Shown piece after piece: positions 1 to 8,642 of a stretch of DNA of 64,000 nt. Within the stretch, counting starts at the first letter, position 1, and each line of letters starts with the position of its first letter. Source of the stretch: Candidatus Caccenecus avistercoris (GTDB taxonomy: Bacteria > Bacillota_I > Bacilli_A > RF39 > UBA660); contig DVJF01000020.1 of NCBI GenBank assembly GCA_018716965.1, positions 5,051 through 69,050 of the forward strand. The letters are read 5' to 3'. The notes under the pieces were generated by a model. The model saw nothing but the letters and a program-made list of their open reading frames with translations. It did not search any database and had not been told where the DNA came from. The position numbers and the translations under genes were made by a program.

Positions 1-2
1 CA

Positions 3-3000
3 GAAGAAACATTACAAAACCAAGATCCTCCAGTAGGCAAACTTGGATTAAATGATCTATTAGAATCGCAAATTGATTGGGAAAAATATTCATTAGCATC
101 TCAAAATATTCCAATAATTCAAAAGAAATCACCGCGAGAAGATCAGGATAAAGCTATAAAAAAAGTAATAAAAGGATTCGAGAAATACGATAGAGGGCAA
201 TTAATTATGGCTTGCGGAACCGGAAAAACTTATACTAGCTTAAAAATAGCAGAAAAGCAATTAAATGGAAGAGGAAACGTATTATTTTTAGTTCCTTCAA
301 TAGCTTTAGCCAGCCAAACATTATCGGAATGGGCTGCACAATGTAAATATTCATTTAACGCTTGTATAGTTTGCAGTGATAACAAAGCATCAAAAGGTGA
401 CCATTCCACTGATTTAGGAATTCCTTCTACAACAAATGTTAATAGATTAATAGAATGGTATAATAAGTCAAAAGAATTAAATCGAAATATGAATTTTATT
501 TTTTCTACATACCAGTCAATTGAGGTAGTTTCAGAATTTTCAAAAAAACTAAATATTGAATTTGATTTAATTATTTGCGATGAAGCGCATAGAACAACAG
601 GAGCAATATTAAGTGATGAAGATGAAAGTTCATTTACTAAAGTTCATAATAATGATTTTATTAAAGGAAAAAAAAGATTATATATGACAGCGACTCCAAA
701 AATTTATGGAGACGGAGTTAAAGGAAGAGTAAGTGAAATAAATGCAGAATTATGTTCAATGGATGACGAAAACTTATATGGTCCAGAATTTTATAAATTA
801 TCTTTTAGTGAAGCGGTTAAACAAGGATTACTAACAGATTATAAAGTGTTAGTTTTAGCGGTGGATGAAGAATATGTAAAAATTGAATTACAAGATTTAC
901 TGAAAGATGAAAATCATGAATTAAAATTAGATGATTCAGTAAAAATAATGGGTTGCTGGAACGGGCTGTCTAAAATTTCAACCTGGGATGAAAAAGAAAA
1001 TTTCTTATCCGATCCTACACCAATGAAACGAGCTGTAGCATTTTGTAACAGAATAGTTGACTCAAAAAAATTAGTAGAAATGTTCAATTTAATTCAAGAG
1101 CATGTAAAAAGTGAATATAGACCAGACAAAGAAAAATTAGTAACAGTAGATATTAAACATGTCGATGGAACTTTTAATGCTTTAGAAAAAAAAGAAAGAA
1201 TAAACTGGTTAAAAGATGATATAAAAGACGGAGAATGTAGAATTCTTACTAATGCAAGATGCTTATCAGAAGGTGTTGATGTGCCTGCATTAGATGCGGT
1301 AATGTTTCTTAATCCTAGAAGTAGTATGATAGACATTATTCAATCAGTTGGAAGAGTAATGAGAAAAGCAGAAGGAAAAAAATATGGATATGTAATACTT
1401 CCAATTGGTGTTTCAGCATCAGAAGATCCAGATGAGGCATTGAATAATAATGAAAAATACAAACTTGTTTGGGAAGTTTTGCAAGCTTTAAGAGCTCACG
1501 ATGACCGCTTTAATAACACAATTAATAAAATAGATTTAAATAAGAAAAAGCCAAATCAAATAGAAGTTATTGGAATAGGTACAACAAAAGCAGAAGATAG
1601 AGACAATGGAATGAAGACCGTTAAAGTACAAGATGATATAAAGCGAAAAGTACAATTGACTCTTGATTTAAAAACATTTGATGAATGGAAAGATTCAATT
1701 TATGCTAAAATGGTTAAAAGAGTTGGTTCTAGAATATATTGGGAAATGTGGGCTAAAGATGTAGCAGACATTGCAACGTCTCATATGAAAAAAATCAAAG
1801 AGCTATTAGCTACTAATAATCCGAAAATAAAAACAGCTATTACAGATTTTATCGAAGGATTACGTCAAAATTTAAATAATTCAATAACAGAAGATGATGC
1901 AATAGAAATGTTAGCAGAGCACATGATTACTAAACCAGTTTTCAATGCACTATTTGATAAATATGAATTTGTAAATAACAATCCTGTTTCTCAAACAATG
2001 CAGAAAATGATAGATATTTTAGACAAACAATTTACAGAAGAAGAAAGAAAAAAATTAGATGAATTTTACGAAAGTATAAAGGAAAGAGCACAAGGAATTG
2101 ACAACGCAGCAGGTAAGCAAAAAATAATTCTTGAATTATATGAAAAGTTTTTTAAAACGGCATTACCAAAAGAAGTTGAAAAATTAGGAATAGTATATAC
2201 TCCGACAGAATGTGTTGATTTTATAATCAATAGTGTAGAATATCTGATGAAAAAAGAATTTGGAAGAAGTTTATCAGATCATGGAGTGCATATAATAGAT
2301 GGCTTTACAGGAACAGGAACATTTATAGTAAGACTATTACAAAGTGGAATTATTAAGCCACAGGATTTGTTATATAAATATACCAATGATATACATGCAA
2401 ACGAAATAGTATTACTAGCATATTACATTGCAACTATTAATATTGAAGAAACATTTCATGAATTAAATAAAAGCAAAAAATATGTTCCGTTTGATGGAAT
2501 TGTATTAACAGACACCTTTCAGTTGTATGAAGATAACAATGAACATGAATGGACCAAAAATGTAAATGAATTAGCTTTGCCTAAAAATAGCGAAAGAGCA
2601 CTAAAGCAAAGAGAATTACCAATTACCGTATGTATTGGTAACCCGCCATATTCGGTGGGACAACGCTCTAGTAATGATGATGCCGCAAATCTTCATTATA
2701 ATAAATTAGATAAAAGAATTGCAGATACATATGCGAAAAATTTGAAAGTTAATAATTTTAATGCATTATATGATTCATACATTAGAGCTTTTAGATGGGC
2801 AGCTGATAGAATAAAAAAAGATGGTATAGTTTCTTTTATTACAAATGGAGCATTTATTGATAATGCTGCTATGAGTGGAATGAGAAAATCAATTTTAGAT
2901 GAATTTAGTTCTGTGTATATATTTAATTTAAGAGGGAATCAAAGAACTTCTGGAGAGACATCTAGAAAAGAAGGTGGAAAAATTTTCGGAAGTGGTAGTA

Positions 3001-4376
3001 GAACACCAGTTGCTATTACATTTCTGATAAAGAATAGGAATAAAGACAATGATAAATATATACATTATTATGACATTGGGGATTATTTATCTAGAGAACA
3101 AAAATTGAATATAGTTAATAAATTTGACAACATAAATAATATAAAATGGAAAAATATTTTTCCGGATGAAAATAATGATTGGATTAATAAGAGAAATAAT
3201 AATTATAAAAATTTTATTCAAATTGAACCCTCAAAGAAATTTAATTTACAATCAAAATCTGTCTTTTCTACATATTCTAATGGTATTGGAACTTCAAGAG
3301 ATGTTTGGGTCTATAATTTTAATATAGATAAACTAATTCATAATGTTAATAGTACAATTAATTATTATAATGAATTAATTGATAATAATATAACAATAAA
3401 AAAATTTGATCAAAGTAGAATTCACTGGTCATCAAGTTTAGATAATTTATATAAGAATAAAATTAAAATATCATTTGAAGAAAAAATAACAGAAGGAATG
3501 TACAGGCCTTTTGTTAAAGAAAAACTATACTTTGGAAAACATTTAATTCATAGAAGAGGACAATTTGAACAATTTTTAACTAACAATTATCATAATAAAA
3601 TAATTGCTATTACTGGTGTAGGAGCAAATAAGGACTTTTCCTGTTTTATTTCGAACAATATATTGGATTATCAAACAATGTCTAATTGTCAATGCTTTCC
3701 TTTATATTGGTATGAAAAAAATAATGAAATAAATTTATTTGATAATGATATAATTAGACATGATGGAATAACTAACTATATTCAGAATCAAATAAGTAAA
3801 AAATATAATATACAAATAGGCAAAGAAGAAATATTTTATTATGTATATGGAATGTTACACTCAAACGATTATAAAAATACTTTTGTGTCTGATTTAAAAA
3901 AATCATTACCACGTATACCAATAGTAGATACATATGAAGAGTTTGTAGCATTCAGCGAGGCTGGGAAAAAATTAGCAAATTTACATTTAAATTATGAGCA
4001 AGTGAAACCATATTCGAAATGTGGAATGTCTATGTATTTAGGTGCAGATTATAAGGTAAGAAAAATGAAATTTGGAAAAAATAAAAATAATAATAAGGAT
4101 AAAACTATTATTGAGTATAATGACAAAATAACAATTTCTAATATACCAGAAAAAGCTTATGAATATATAGTTAATGGAAAATCAGCTATTGAGTGGATTA
4201 TGGAGAGATATGCAATTACAGTGGATAAAAAAAGTGGAATTATTAATGATCCAAATGACTGGTGCAAAGAAGTAAATGATGAAAAATATATCTTTAATTT
4301 ATTATTAAGAATTATTAATGTTTCTATTCAAACGGTAGATATTGTTAATTCATTGCCAAAAATCGATTTTGATTAA
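3..4376 (+). CDS. Type ISP-like single-polypeptide restriction-modification enzyme (SF2 helicase-like ATPase + gamma-class N6-adenine DNA methyltransferase + C-terminal target-recognition region). 5' end lies outside the window.
   Basis: The reading frame is open from the window edge. Helicase motifs are present in order: Q-like/motif I (ACGTGKTYT), motif II (ICDEAHRTTG), motif III (LYMTATPKIYGD), motif VI (QSVGRVMR). Downstream is an amino-methyltransferase motif I (DGFTGTGTF) followed by motif IV NPPY (CIGNPPYSVGQ). Motif I preceding motif IV is the gamma-class order seen in LlaGI-type enzymes. About 500 aa of low-complexity C-terminal region fits a TRD. Confidence 0.7.
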   Translation, partial: EETLQNQDPPVGKLGLNDLLESQIDWEKYSLASQNIPIIQKKSPREDQDKAIKKVIKGFEKYDRGQLIMACGTGKTYTSLKIAEKQLNGRGNVLFLVPSIALASQTLSEWAAQCKYSFNACIVCSDNKASKGDHSTDLGIPSTTNVNRLIEWYNKSKELNRNMNFIFSTYQSIEVVSEFSKKLNIEFDLIICDEAHRTTGAILSDEDESSFTKVHNNDFIKGKKRLYMTATPKIYGDGVKGRVSEINAELCSMDDENLYGPEFYKLSFSEAVKQGLLTDYKVLVLAVDEEYVKIELQDLLKDENHELKLDDSVKIMGCWNGLSKISTWDEKENFLSDPTPMKRAVAFCNRIVDSKKLVEMFNLIQEHVKSEYRPDKEKLVTVDIKHVDGTFNALEKKERINWLKDDIKDGECRILTNARCLSEGVDVPALDAVMFLNPRSSMIDIIQSVGRVMRKAEGKKYGYVILPIGVSASEDPDEALNNNEKYKLVWEVLQALRAHDDRFNNTINKIDLNKKKPNQIEVIGIGTTKAEDRDNGMKTVKVQDDIKRKVQLTLDLKTFDEWKDSIYAKMVKRVGSRIYWEMWAKDVADIATSHMKKIKELLATNNPKIKTAITDFIEGLRQNLNNSITEDDAIEMLAEHMITKPVFNALFDKYEFVNNNPVSQTMQKMIDILDKQFTEEERKKLDEFYESIKERAQGIDNAAGKQKIILELYEKFFKTALPKEVEKLGIVYTPTECVDFIINSVEYLMKKEFGRSLSDHGVHIIDGFTGTGTFIVRLLQSGIIKPQDLLYKYTNDIHANEIVLLAYYIATINIEETFHELNKSKKYVPFDGIVLTDTFQLYEDNNEHEWTKNVNELALPKNSERALKQRELPITVCIGNPPYSVGQRSSNDDAANLHYNKLDKRIADTYAKNLKVNNFNALYDSYIRAFRWAADRIKKDGIVSFITNGAFIDNAAMSGMRKSILDEFSSVYIFNLRGNQRTSGETSRKEGGKIFGSGSRTPVAITFLIKNRNKDNDKYIHYYDIGDYLSREQKLNIVNKFDNINNIKWKNIFPDENNDWINKRNNNYKNFIQIEPSKKFNLQSKSVFSTYSNGIGTSRDVWVYNFNIDKLIHNVNSTINYYNELIDNNITIKKFDQSRIHWSSSLDNLYKNKIKISFEEKITEGMYRPFVKEKLYFGKHLIHRRGQFEQFLTNNYHNKIIAITGVGANKDFSCFISNNILDYQTMSNCQCFPLYWYEKNNEINLFDNDIIRHDGITNYIQNQISKKYNIQIGKEEIFYYVYGMLHSNDYKNTFVSDLKKSLPRIPIVDTYEEFVAFSEAGKKLANLHLNYEQVKPYSKCGMSMYLGADYKVRKMKFGKNKNNNKDKTIIEYNDKITISNIPEKAYEYIVNGKSAIEWIMERYAITVDKKSGIINDPNDWCKEVNDEKYIFNLLLRIINVSIQTVDIVNSLPKIDFD

Positions 4377-4388
4377 GAAAAAAGACCG

Positions 4389-4613
4389 TTGATGAGTAAA
4401 AATACAAAAGATTTCTTCAAAAAGAAAAAAGAATGGTCAAAAGTAAAGGATGAAATACTTGCTTGCTATTTAAAGCCTTATTTTACTAAGATTCAATATA
4501 CAAAAAAGAAAATTATTTATATTGATGGATTTGCAGGAGTAGGAATCTTTGAAGATGGGACATTAGGTTCTCCTTTAATAGCATATAATATTGCCATTAA
4601 AAAAAATTTATAA
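4389..4613 (+). pseudogene. N-terminal fragment (74 aa) resembling three-Cys-motif partner protein TcmP; truncated
   Basis: The peptide (KEWSKVKDEILACYLKPYF...IYIDGFAGVGIFEDGTLGSPLIA) matches my recollection of the conserved N-terminus of the TcmP family. The ORF stops after 74 aa and no frame continues downstream. Family assignment is from memory only. Confidence 0.35.
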
Positions 4614-4688
4614 TAGATGTGCTGATTATGTTGAGAATTTTTGCCAAGAAAAGAATATTCTAGTACATATAAAAAATAAAACAAAAAG

Positions 4689-4717
4689 TTGAAAATAATT
4701 GGATAAATATATATAAT
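4689..4717 (+). promoter_or_regulatory. sigma-A type promoter (TTGAAA-17-TATAAT) upstream of the 660-aa orphan gene
   Basis: Consensus-like -35 at 4689-4694 and -10 at 4712-4717 with a 17-nt spacer. Confidence 0.45.
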
Positions 4718-4794
4718 ATACTAAAGAAAAGGCACTAGGTTCTATAGATTGTATTGCGTTTTTTGTTAATGTAATGAAAGTGTGGTAGTGTAGT

Positions 4795-6777
4795 ATGATT
4801 AAAAATGATAGAACTAAATTAGAATTAATTAGACTGGAAGGTATACGAAGTTTAATAGTTAATAAAATTAGTGAGACACAATTAATTAAAATTATAAAAC
4901 AGGAATTTAATTTTGATTCAAAAAATTGCTATGAAACATTAAAAAAATTAAATAGAAGCCAGTTAATAAAAATAATTGATAATAGTAATATCATTAGTTC
5001 TAGTGATATTGATGAAACTTATGAACAATATAGATATGGTCTAAAGCCAGGATTTACTATTTTTACTTTTTTAAATTGTGAGTTGAGTAAAATAAATAGT
5101 GATGAAATGAATAAAAAAATAAAGAATAAATTAGTACAAATTCATTATTTTGAGGATTCTAAATTCAAATTACTTACTTTAAAAAATATAGCAAAAATAA
5201 GAGATAATACATTTGAGTTTTCTTTTACGTATTTAAGTAAATACACATATATTAATGATTCTGATGAACCAGATTATATATATGAATTAAAAGATTGCTT
5301 TGTATGGGTAAATTTAGAAAACAATTTTTTAGCAATAAAAAATTGTCCGAATGATATTCAAAATAAACTTTTAAACTTATTTTCTAGTATTTTAAGTGTA
5401 TCTTTATATAATATAAAAATTACCAAAAAACTAATTAATGAAGTATTTAATGGAAAAATTAAAAAAGGGACTTTTATAAAGCCAGACGCTACTGATGACG
5501 AAGTTACTAAAATAATAATTGCAGACGAAGAATTGACTAAGAAAAAGATATATCAAGACGGTGTAAGTAGTTATGATATGTCAAACACTTTTTTGGATGA
5601 ACAATTAGATGATAGTACTAAAAGCACACTAGGAATAAATTGCAAATCAGGTAAAGTTTATTTAACAAAAAATGTAAACGCAACACAATTTAGAAACTGG
5701 AGTATAAATAGCATAAATAGAATTATAAATTATCTTAATGATATTAATAATTGTAAAGAAAAAGATATTTTTCAATCAAGAAATATATTATCAAATACGA
5801 ATTATAGCAGTGATGAGAAAAACATTATTGAGAATATTTGTTACAATATATTTCTGTATATAAATTCAGGAGAGACATCTTTCTTAATGCAAAAAGATGT
5901 TATGGTTATTAAAAACAAATTGAAGAGTAAGTTTTATGCCACTTTATTTGGTTTCTGCGATGTTTGTAAAGAAGAAACACAATTATTTTGCCCAAAATGT
6001 AATAGAAGTAATTTGAAATTAATAAAGAATGGCATTTATTGTATGGAATGTGATGAAAATATTTTGACTTTTTTGTGTGATGAAGGTCATAATATATATG
6101 GTAATAATTTAGTTGATATAATAAGACTAATTCCACATCGAGAATTTATAGATGAAATAAATGGTTATCTTTTGACTAACTTTGGAGTAAGATTTGAAGG
6201 AAGCTTTGTTTTAGAAAAAAATCATTTAAGCATTCATAAATATACATCAGGAGAAATTCTTGATTATACCAAAATAGAGGAATTTAAAAAAGTTCATGAA
6301 ATCAATAATATAAATATTAAAAATCAACTAGATAAATATAATAAGATTAAAGAAAAGTGTAAGAAGTGTAGTAATAAAGAGTGCTCTATATGCATTAATA
6401 ATACAAATTTATGTATAATGAAGTTATTTATAGGTTTTGGTAATTATAGACCAAGCCCACATCAAGGTCAAGAGTTCGGAGATGTTAATTTTAAAATTAC
6501 ATATGAAGGAAAAGAATATAATTTTGTCGGAATTATAAAAAGTAAGCCGAAGTCAGGTGCACTAAATTTGTCGGATCATGCCAGTAGGGAAATGATACAG
6601 CAAATATTGATGATGAGTAGAGATAAAAGAGTTGATGTGATAGGTGCAATATGTCCTGCAAAATTTCACGATCAACTGATACAAGAATTATATTATTTAG
6701 CTAAAATAACACAGGTAAAAATCATAATTTTGGACGATATTTTTATGAGCAAACTTTTAATTTATCGAAATATATAA
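4795..6777 (+). CDS. hypothetical protein with two cysteine clusters (triple CxxC zinc-ribbon-like region) and a possible nuclease-like C-terminal domain
   Basis: 660-aa ORF with its own promoter. First cluster is CDVC...CPKC...CMEC; second is CKKCSNKECSIC. The C-terminal stretch GDVNFKITYEGK is a weak D...ExK-like pattern. No Walker motifs were seen. Confidence 0.6.
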   Translation: MIKNDRTKLELIRLEGIRSLIVNKISETQLIKIIKQEFNFDSKNCYETLKKLNRSQLIKIIDNSNIISSSDIDETYEQYRYGLKPGFTIFTFLNCELSKINSDEMNKKIKNKLVQIHYFEDSKFKLLTLKNIAKIRDNTFEFSFTYLSKYTYINDSDEPDYIYELKDCFVWVNLENNFLAIKNCPNDIQNKLLNLFSSILSVSLYNIKITKKLINEVFNGKIKKGTFIKPDATDDEVTKIIIADEELTKKKIYQDGVSSYDMSNTFLDEQLDDSTKSTLGINCKSGKVYLTKNVNATQFRNWSINSINRIINYLNDINNCKEKDIFQSRNILSNTNYSSDEKNIIENICYNIFLYINSGETSFLMQKDVMVIKNKLKSKFYATLFGFCDVCKEETQLFCPKCNRSNLKLIKNGIYCMECDENILTFLCDEGHNIYGNNLVDIIRLIPHREFIDEINGYLLTNFGVRFEGSFVLEKNHLSIHKYTSGEILDYTKIEEFKKVHEINNINIKNQLDKYNKIKEKCKKCSNKECSICINNTNLCIMKLFIGFGNYRPSPHQGQEFGDVNFKITYEGKEYNFVGIIKSKPKSGALNLSDHASREMIQQILMMSRDKRVDVIGAICPAKFHDQLIQELYYLAKITQVKIIILDDIFMSKLLIYRNI

Positions 6778-6949
6778 TAATTAAAATAAAAATATGTGTG
6801 ACTATTACGCAAAATGTCCCGAGACAATTTAATACAGTTTTATAATATACTCTTGTATAGAATAAGGATAGTATATGAAAAATGAAAAAACTTAAAATCT
6901 ATGTTATAAAAGCCTTAATGCTACCATACTAATATTAGAGGTTTTTATT

Positions 6950-8323
6950 ATGTCTAAATTGAGTGCTTATAATAATAAACGTAATTTTAATAAAACAAAA
7001 GAACCAATGGGTAAAAAAAGCAAAAAAGCTAAAAGATTAAGATTTTGCATACAACACCATATCGCTAGAAAAGACCATTATGATTTACGTTTAGAATGGA
7101 ATGGAGTATTAATTAGTTGGGCAGTACCAAAAGGCCCTTCCTATAATCCTAAAGATAAAAGATTAGCTATTAAAGTAGAGGATCATCCAATTGATTATCG
7201 TAATTTCGAAGGTACTATTCCTAAAGGTGAATATGGTGGTGGAACTGTCATGCTATGGGATAAAGGTTATTGGGAACCAATAAAAGGATATAAACCAAAC
7301 TTTAAAGAAGGACCTATAAAATTTATTTTAAAAGGTTCACGATTAAAAGGAATGTGGACTTTAGTTAAATTAAAAAATAATGATACAAGTTGGTTACTTA
7401 TAAAAGATAAAGATGAATATCATTTATATGATGATATAAATGAATTCAATACAAGTATTAAAACAAATAGAACCATGGATGAAATTAAAGATAATATAAA
7501 ACATATAGAAATAACAAATCCAGACAAAATAATTTATAAAAAGCCCAAGGTAACAAAAGTAGACATAATAAATTACTATAAAGCTGTATCAAAACGAATG
7601 TTACCTTTAATGGAAAATAGACTTATTAGCACAATTCGTTATCCGAGTGGTTCAAAAGGTTCTAGCTTTTTTAAAAAGCATTTTGAAAACTTACATAAAT
7701 TTTTAGGTTTAAAAAGAATTAAAAGTAAGAAAGAACATCAAAATGATTACTATTATATTAAAGACATTAATGGTCTCATTAGTGAAGTACAAATGAATAG
7801 TTATGAATTTCATGTATGGGGTTGTCTAGCAAGTGATGTATCTCATGCTGATATGTTAGTATTTGATCTAGATCCTGATGAATTATTAAGTCTAAAAAGG
7901 TTAAGAAAAGGGGTAAAAGATCTAAAAAGTATTTTAGATGAATATGAACTATCATCTTTCCTAAAAACGAGTGGTGGTAAAGGCTATCATGTGGTTGTTC
8001 CTCTAAATGCCAAAGTAACCTGGAAAAATGCTAGACTTATAGCCAAAAACATAGCAGAATTAATGGAAGCAAGATGGCCTAATAAATATACCAGCAATAT
8101 GAAAAAATCTAAAAGAAAAGGTAAAATATTTATTGATTGGGTTAGAAACACAAAAGGAGCAACCAGTGTTGCCCCATACTCTTTAAGAATTAGAAAAAAG
8201 TTAACAGTCTCTATGCCCATATCATGGAATGAACTTGATAAAATTAAGCCAGATGAAATAACGATGGAAGAAGCAATCAAAAGATTAAAAAGAAAAGACC
8301 CATGGCAAAAATTTAATAACTAA
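6950..8323 (+). CDS. ligD: NHEJ LigD-type 3'-phosphoesterase domain fused to LigD primase-polymerase domain; no ligase domain
   Basis: PE-domain signature: RFCIQHHIARKDHYDLRLEWNGVLISWAVPKGPS, KRLAIKVEDHPIDY, GEYGGGTVMLWDKGYW. Pol-domain signature: DLDPDE, KTSGGKGYHVVVPL, IFIDWVRNTKGATSVAPYSLR. Confidence 0.85.
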   Translation: MSKLSAYNNKRNFNKTKEPMGKKSKKAKRLRFCIQHHIARKDHYDLRLEWNGVLISWAVPKGPSYNPKDKRLAIKVEDHPIDYRNFEGTIPKGEYGGGTVMLWDKGYWEPIKGYKPNFKEGPIKFILKGSRLKGMWTLVKLKNNDTSWLLIKDKDEYHLYDDINEFNTSIKTNRTMDEIKDNIKHIEITNPDKIIYKKPKVTKVDIINYYKAVSKRMLPLMENRLISTIRYPSGSKGSSFFKKHFENLHKFLGLKRIKSKKEHQNDYYYIKDINGLISEVQMNSYEFHVWGCLASDVSHADMLVFDLDPDELLSLKRLRKGVKDLKSILDEYELSSFLKTSGGKGYHVVVPLNAKVTWKNARLIAKNIAELMEARWPNKYTSNMKKSKRKGKIFIDWVRNTKGATSVAPYSLRIRKKLTVSMPISWNELDKIKPDEITMEEAIKRLKRKDPWQKFNN

Positions 8324-8387
8324 AATTGTTGTTTTGATGCCAAATATATGTTATACTATATTTGTTTTACCAAAGGAAGTGAATTTT

Positions 8388-8606
8388 ATGTTAGAAACCT
8401 TTTTATTAATTATATCAGTATTATTAATTGTTGTAGTTTTACTACAAGGAAATAAAGCTAGCAGTGCTGGTCAAATTATTACTGGTGGCAATGATGTCTT
8501 ATTTCAAAATATGAAAGAAAGAGGCTTTGAATTATTTATAAGCCGATTAACCTTAATATTAGGAATTCTTTTTTTCATTATTTCGTTAATACTATTTTTA
8601 AAATAG
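8388..8606 (+). CDS. secG: preprotein translocase subunit SecG
   Basis: MLETFLLIISVLLIVVVLLQGNKASSAGQIITGG... has the typical SecG length and composition. An RBS (AAGGAAG) precedes the ATG at 8388. Confidence 0.8.
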   Translation: MLETFLLIISVLLIVVVLLQGNKASSAGQIITGGNDVLFQNMKERGFELFISRLTLILGILFFIISLILFLK

Positions 8607-8628
8607 GCAACGTATGTTGCTTTTTTGC
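8607..8628 (+). terminator. rho-independent terminator after secG
   Basis: Hairpin GCAAC-GTAT-GTTGC followed by a T-run. Confidence 0.4.
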
Positions 8629-8642
8629 TTTTTGGAGGTTTT

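Noticed and set aside
1094-1336. Short minus- or plus-strand ORFs of 60-130 aa lying inside long CDSs on the other strand (1094-1336, 5909-6136, 7987-8280, 10979-11170, 12405-12590, 12799-13044, 14016-14243, 14301-14486, 15703-15888, 17229-17450, 18113-18337, 19052-19249, 19322-19540, 21701-22084, 22936-23130, 25279-25512, 26559-26777, 26994-27209, 34208-34417, 36109-36312, 39754-39948, 41225-41479, 42580-42834, 44779-45102, 45832-46032, 48367-48690, 50555-50785, 53838-54119, 57513-57704, 57741-57947, 60214-60408, 63387-63593)
   Set aside because: They overlap well-supported genes, have low-complexity Ile/Leu/Phe/Ser-rich translations typical of antisense frames in AT-rich DNA, and have no RBS.
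8334-8387. Upstream extension of the secG ORF (MMPNICYTIFVLPKEVNF...)
   Set aside because: SecG homology begins at MLETF, and an RBS (AAGGAAG) sits immediately before the ATG at 8388. The extension is likely untranslated.
8625-8642. ATG at 8625 as the SNF2 helicase start
   Set aside because: It has no RBS, while GGAGG precedes the ATG at 8643. The 5' end remains somewhat uncertain.
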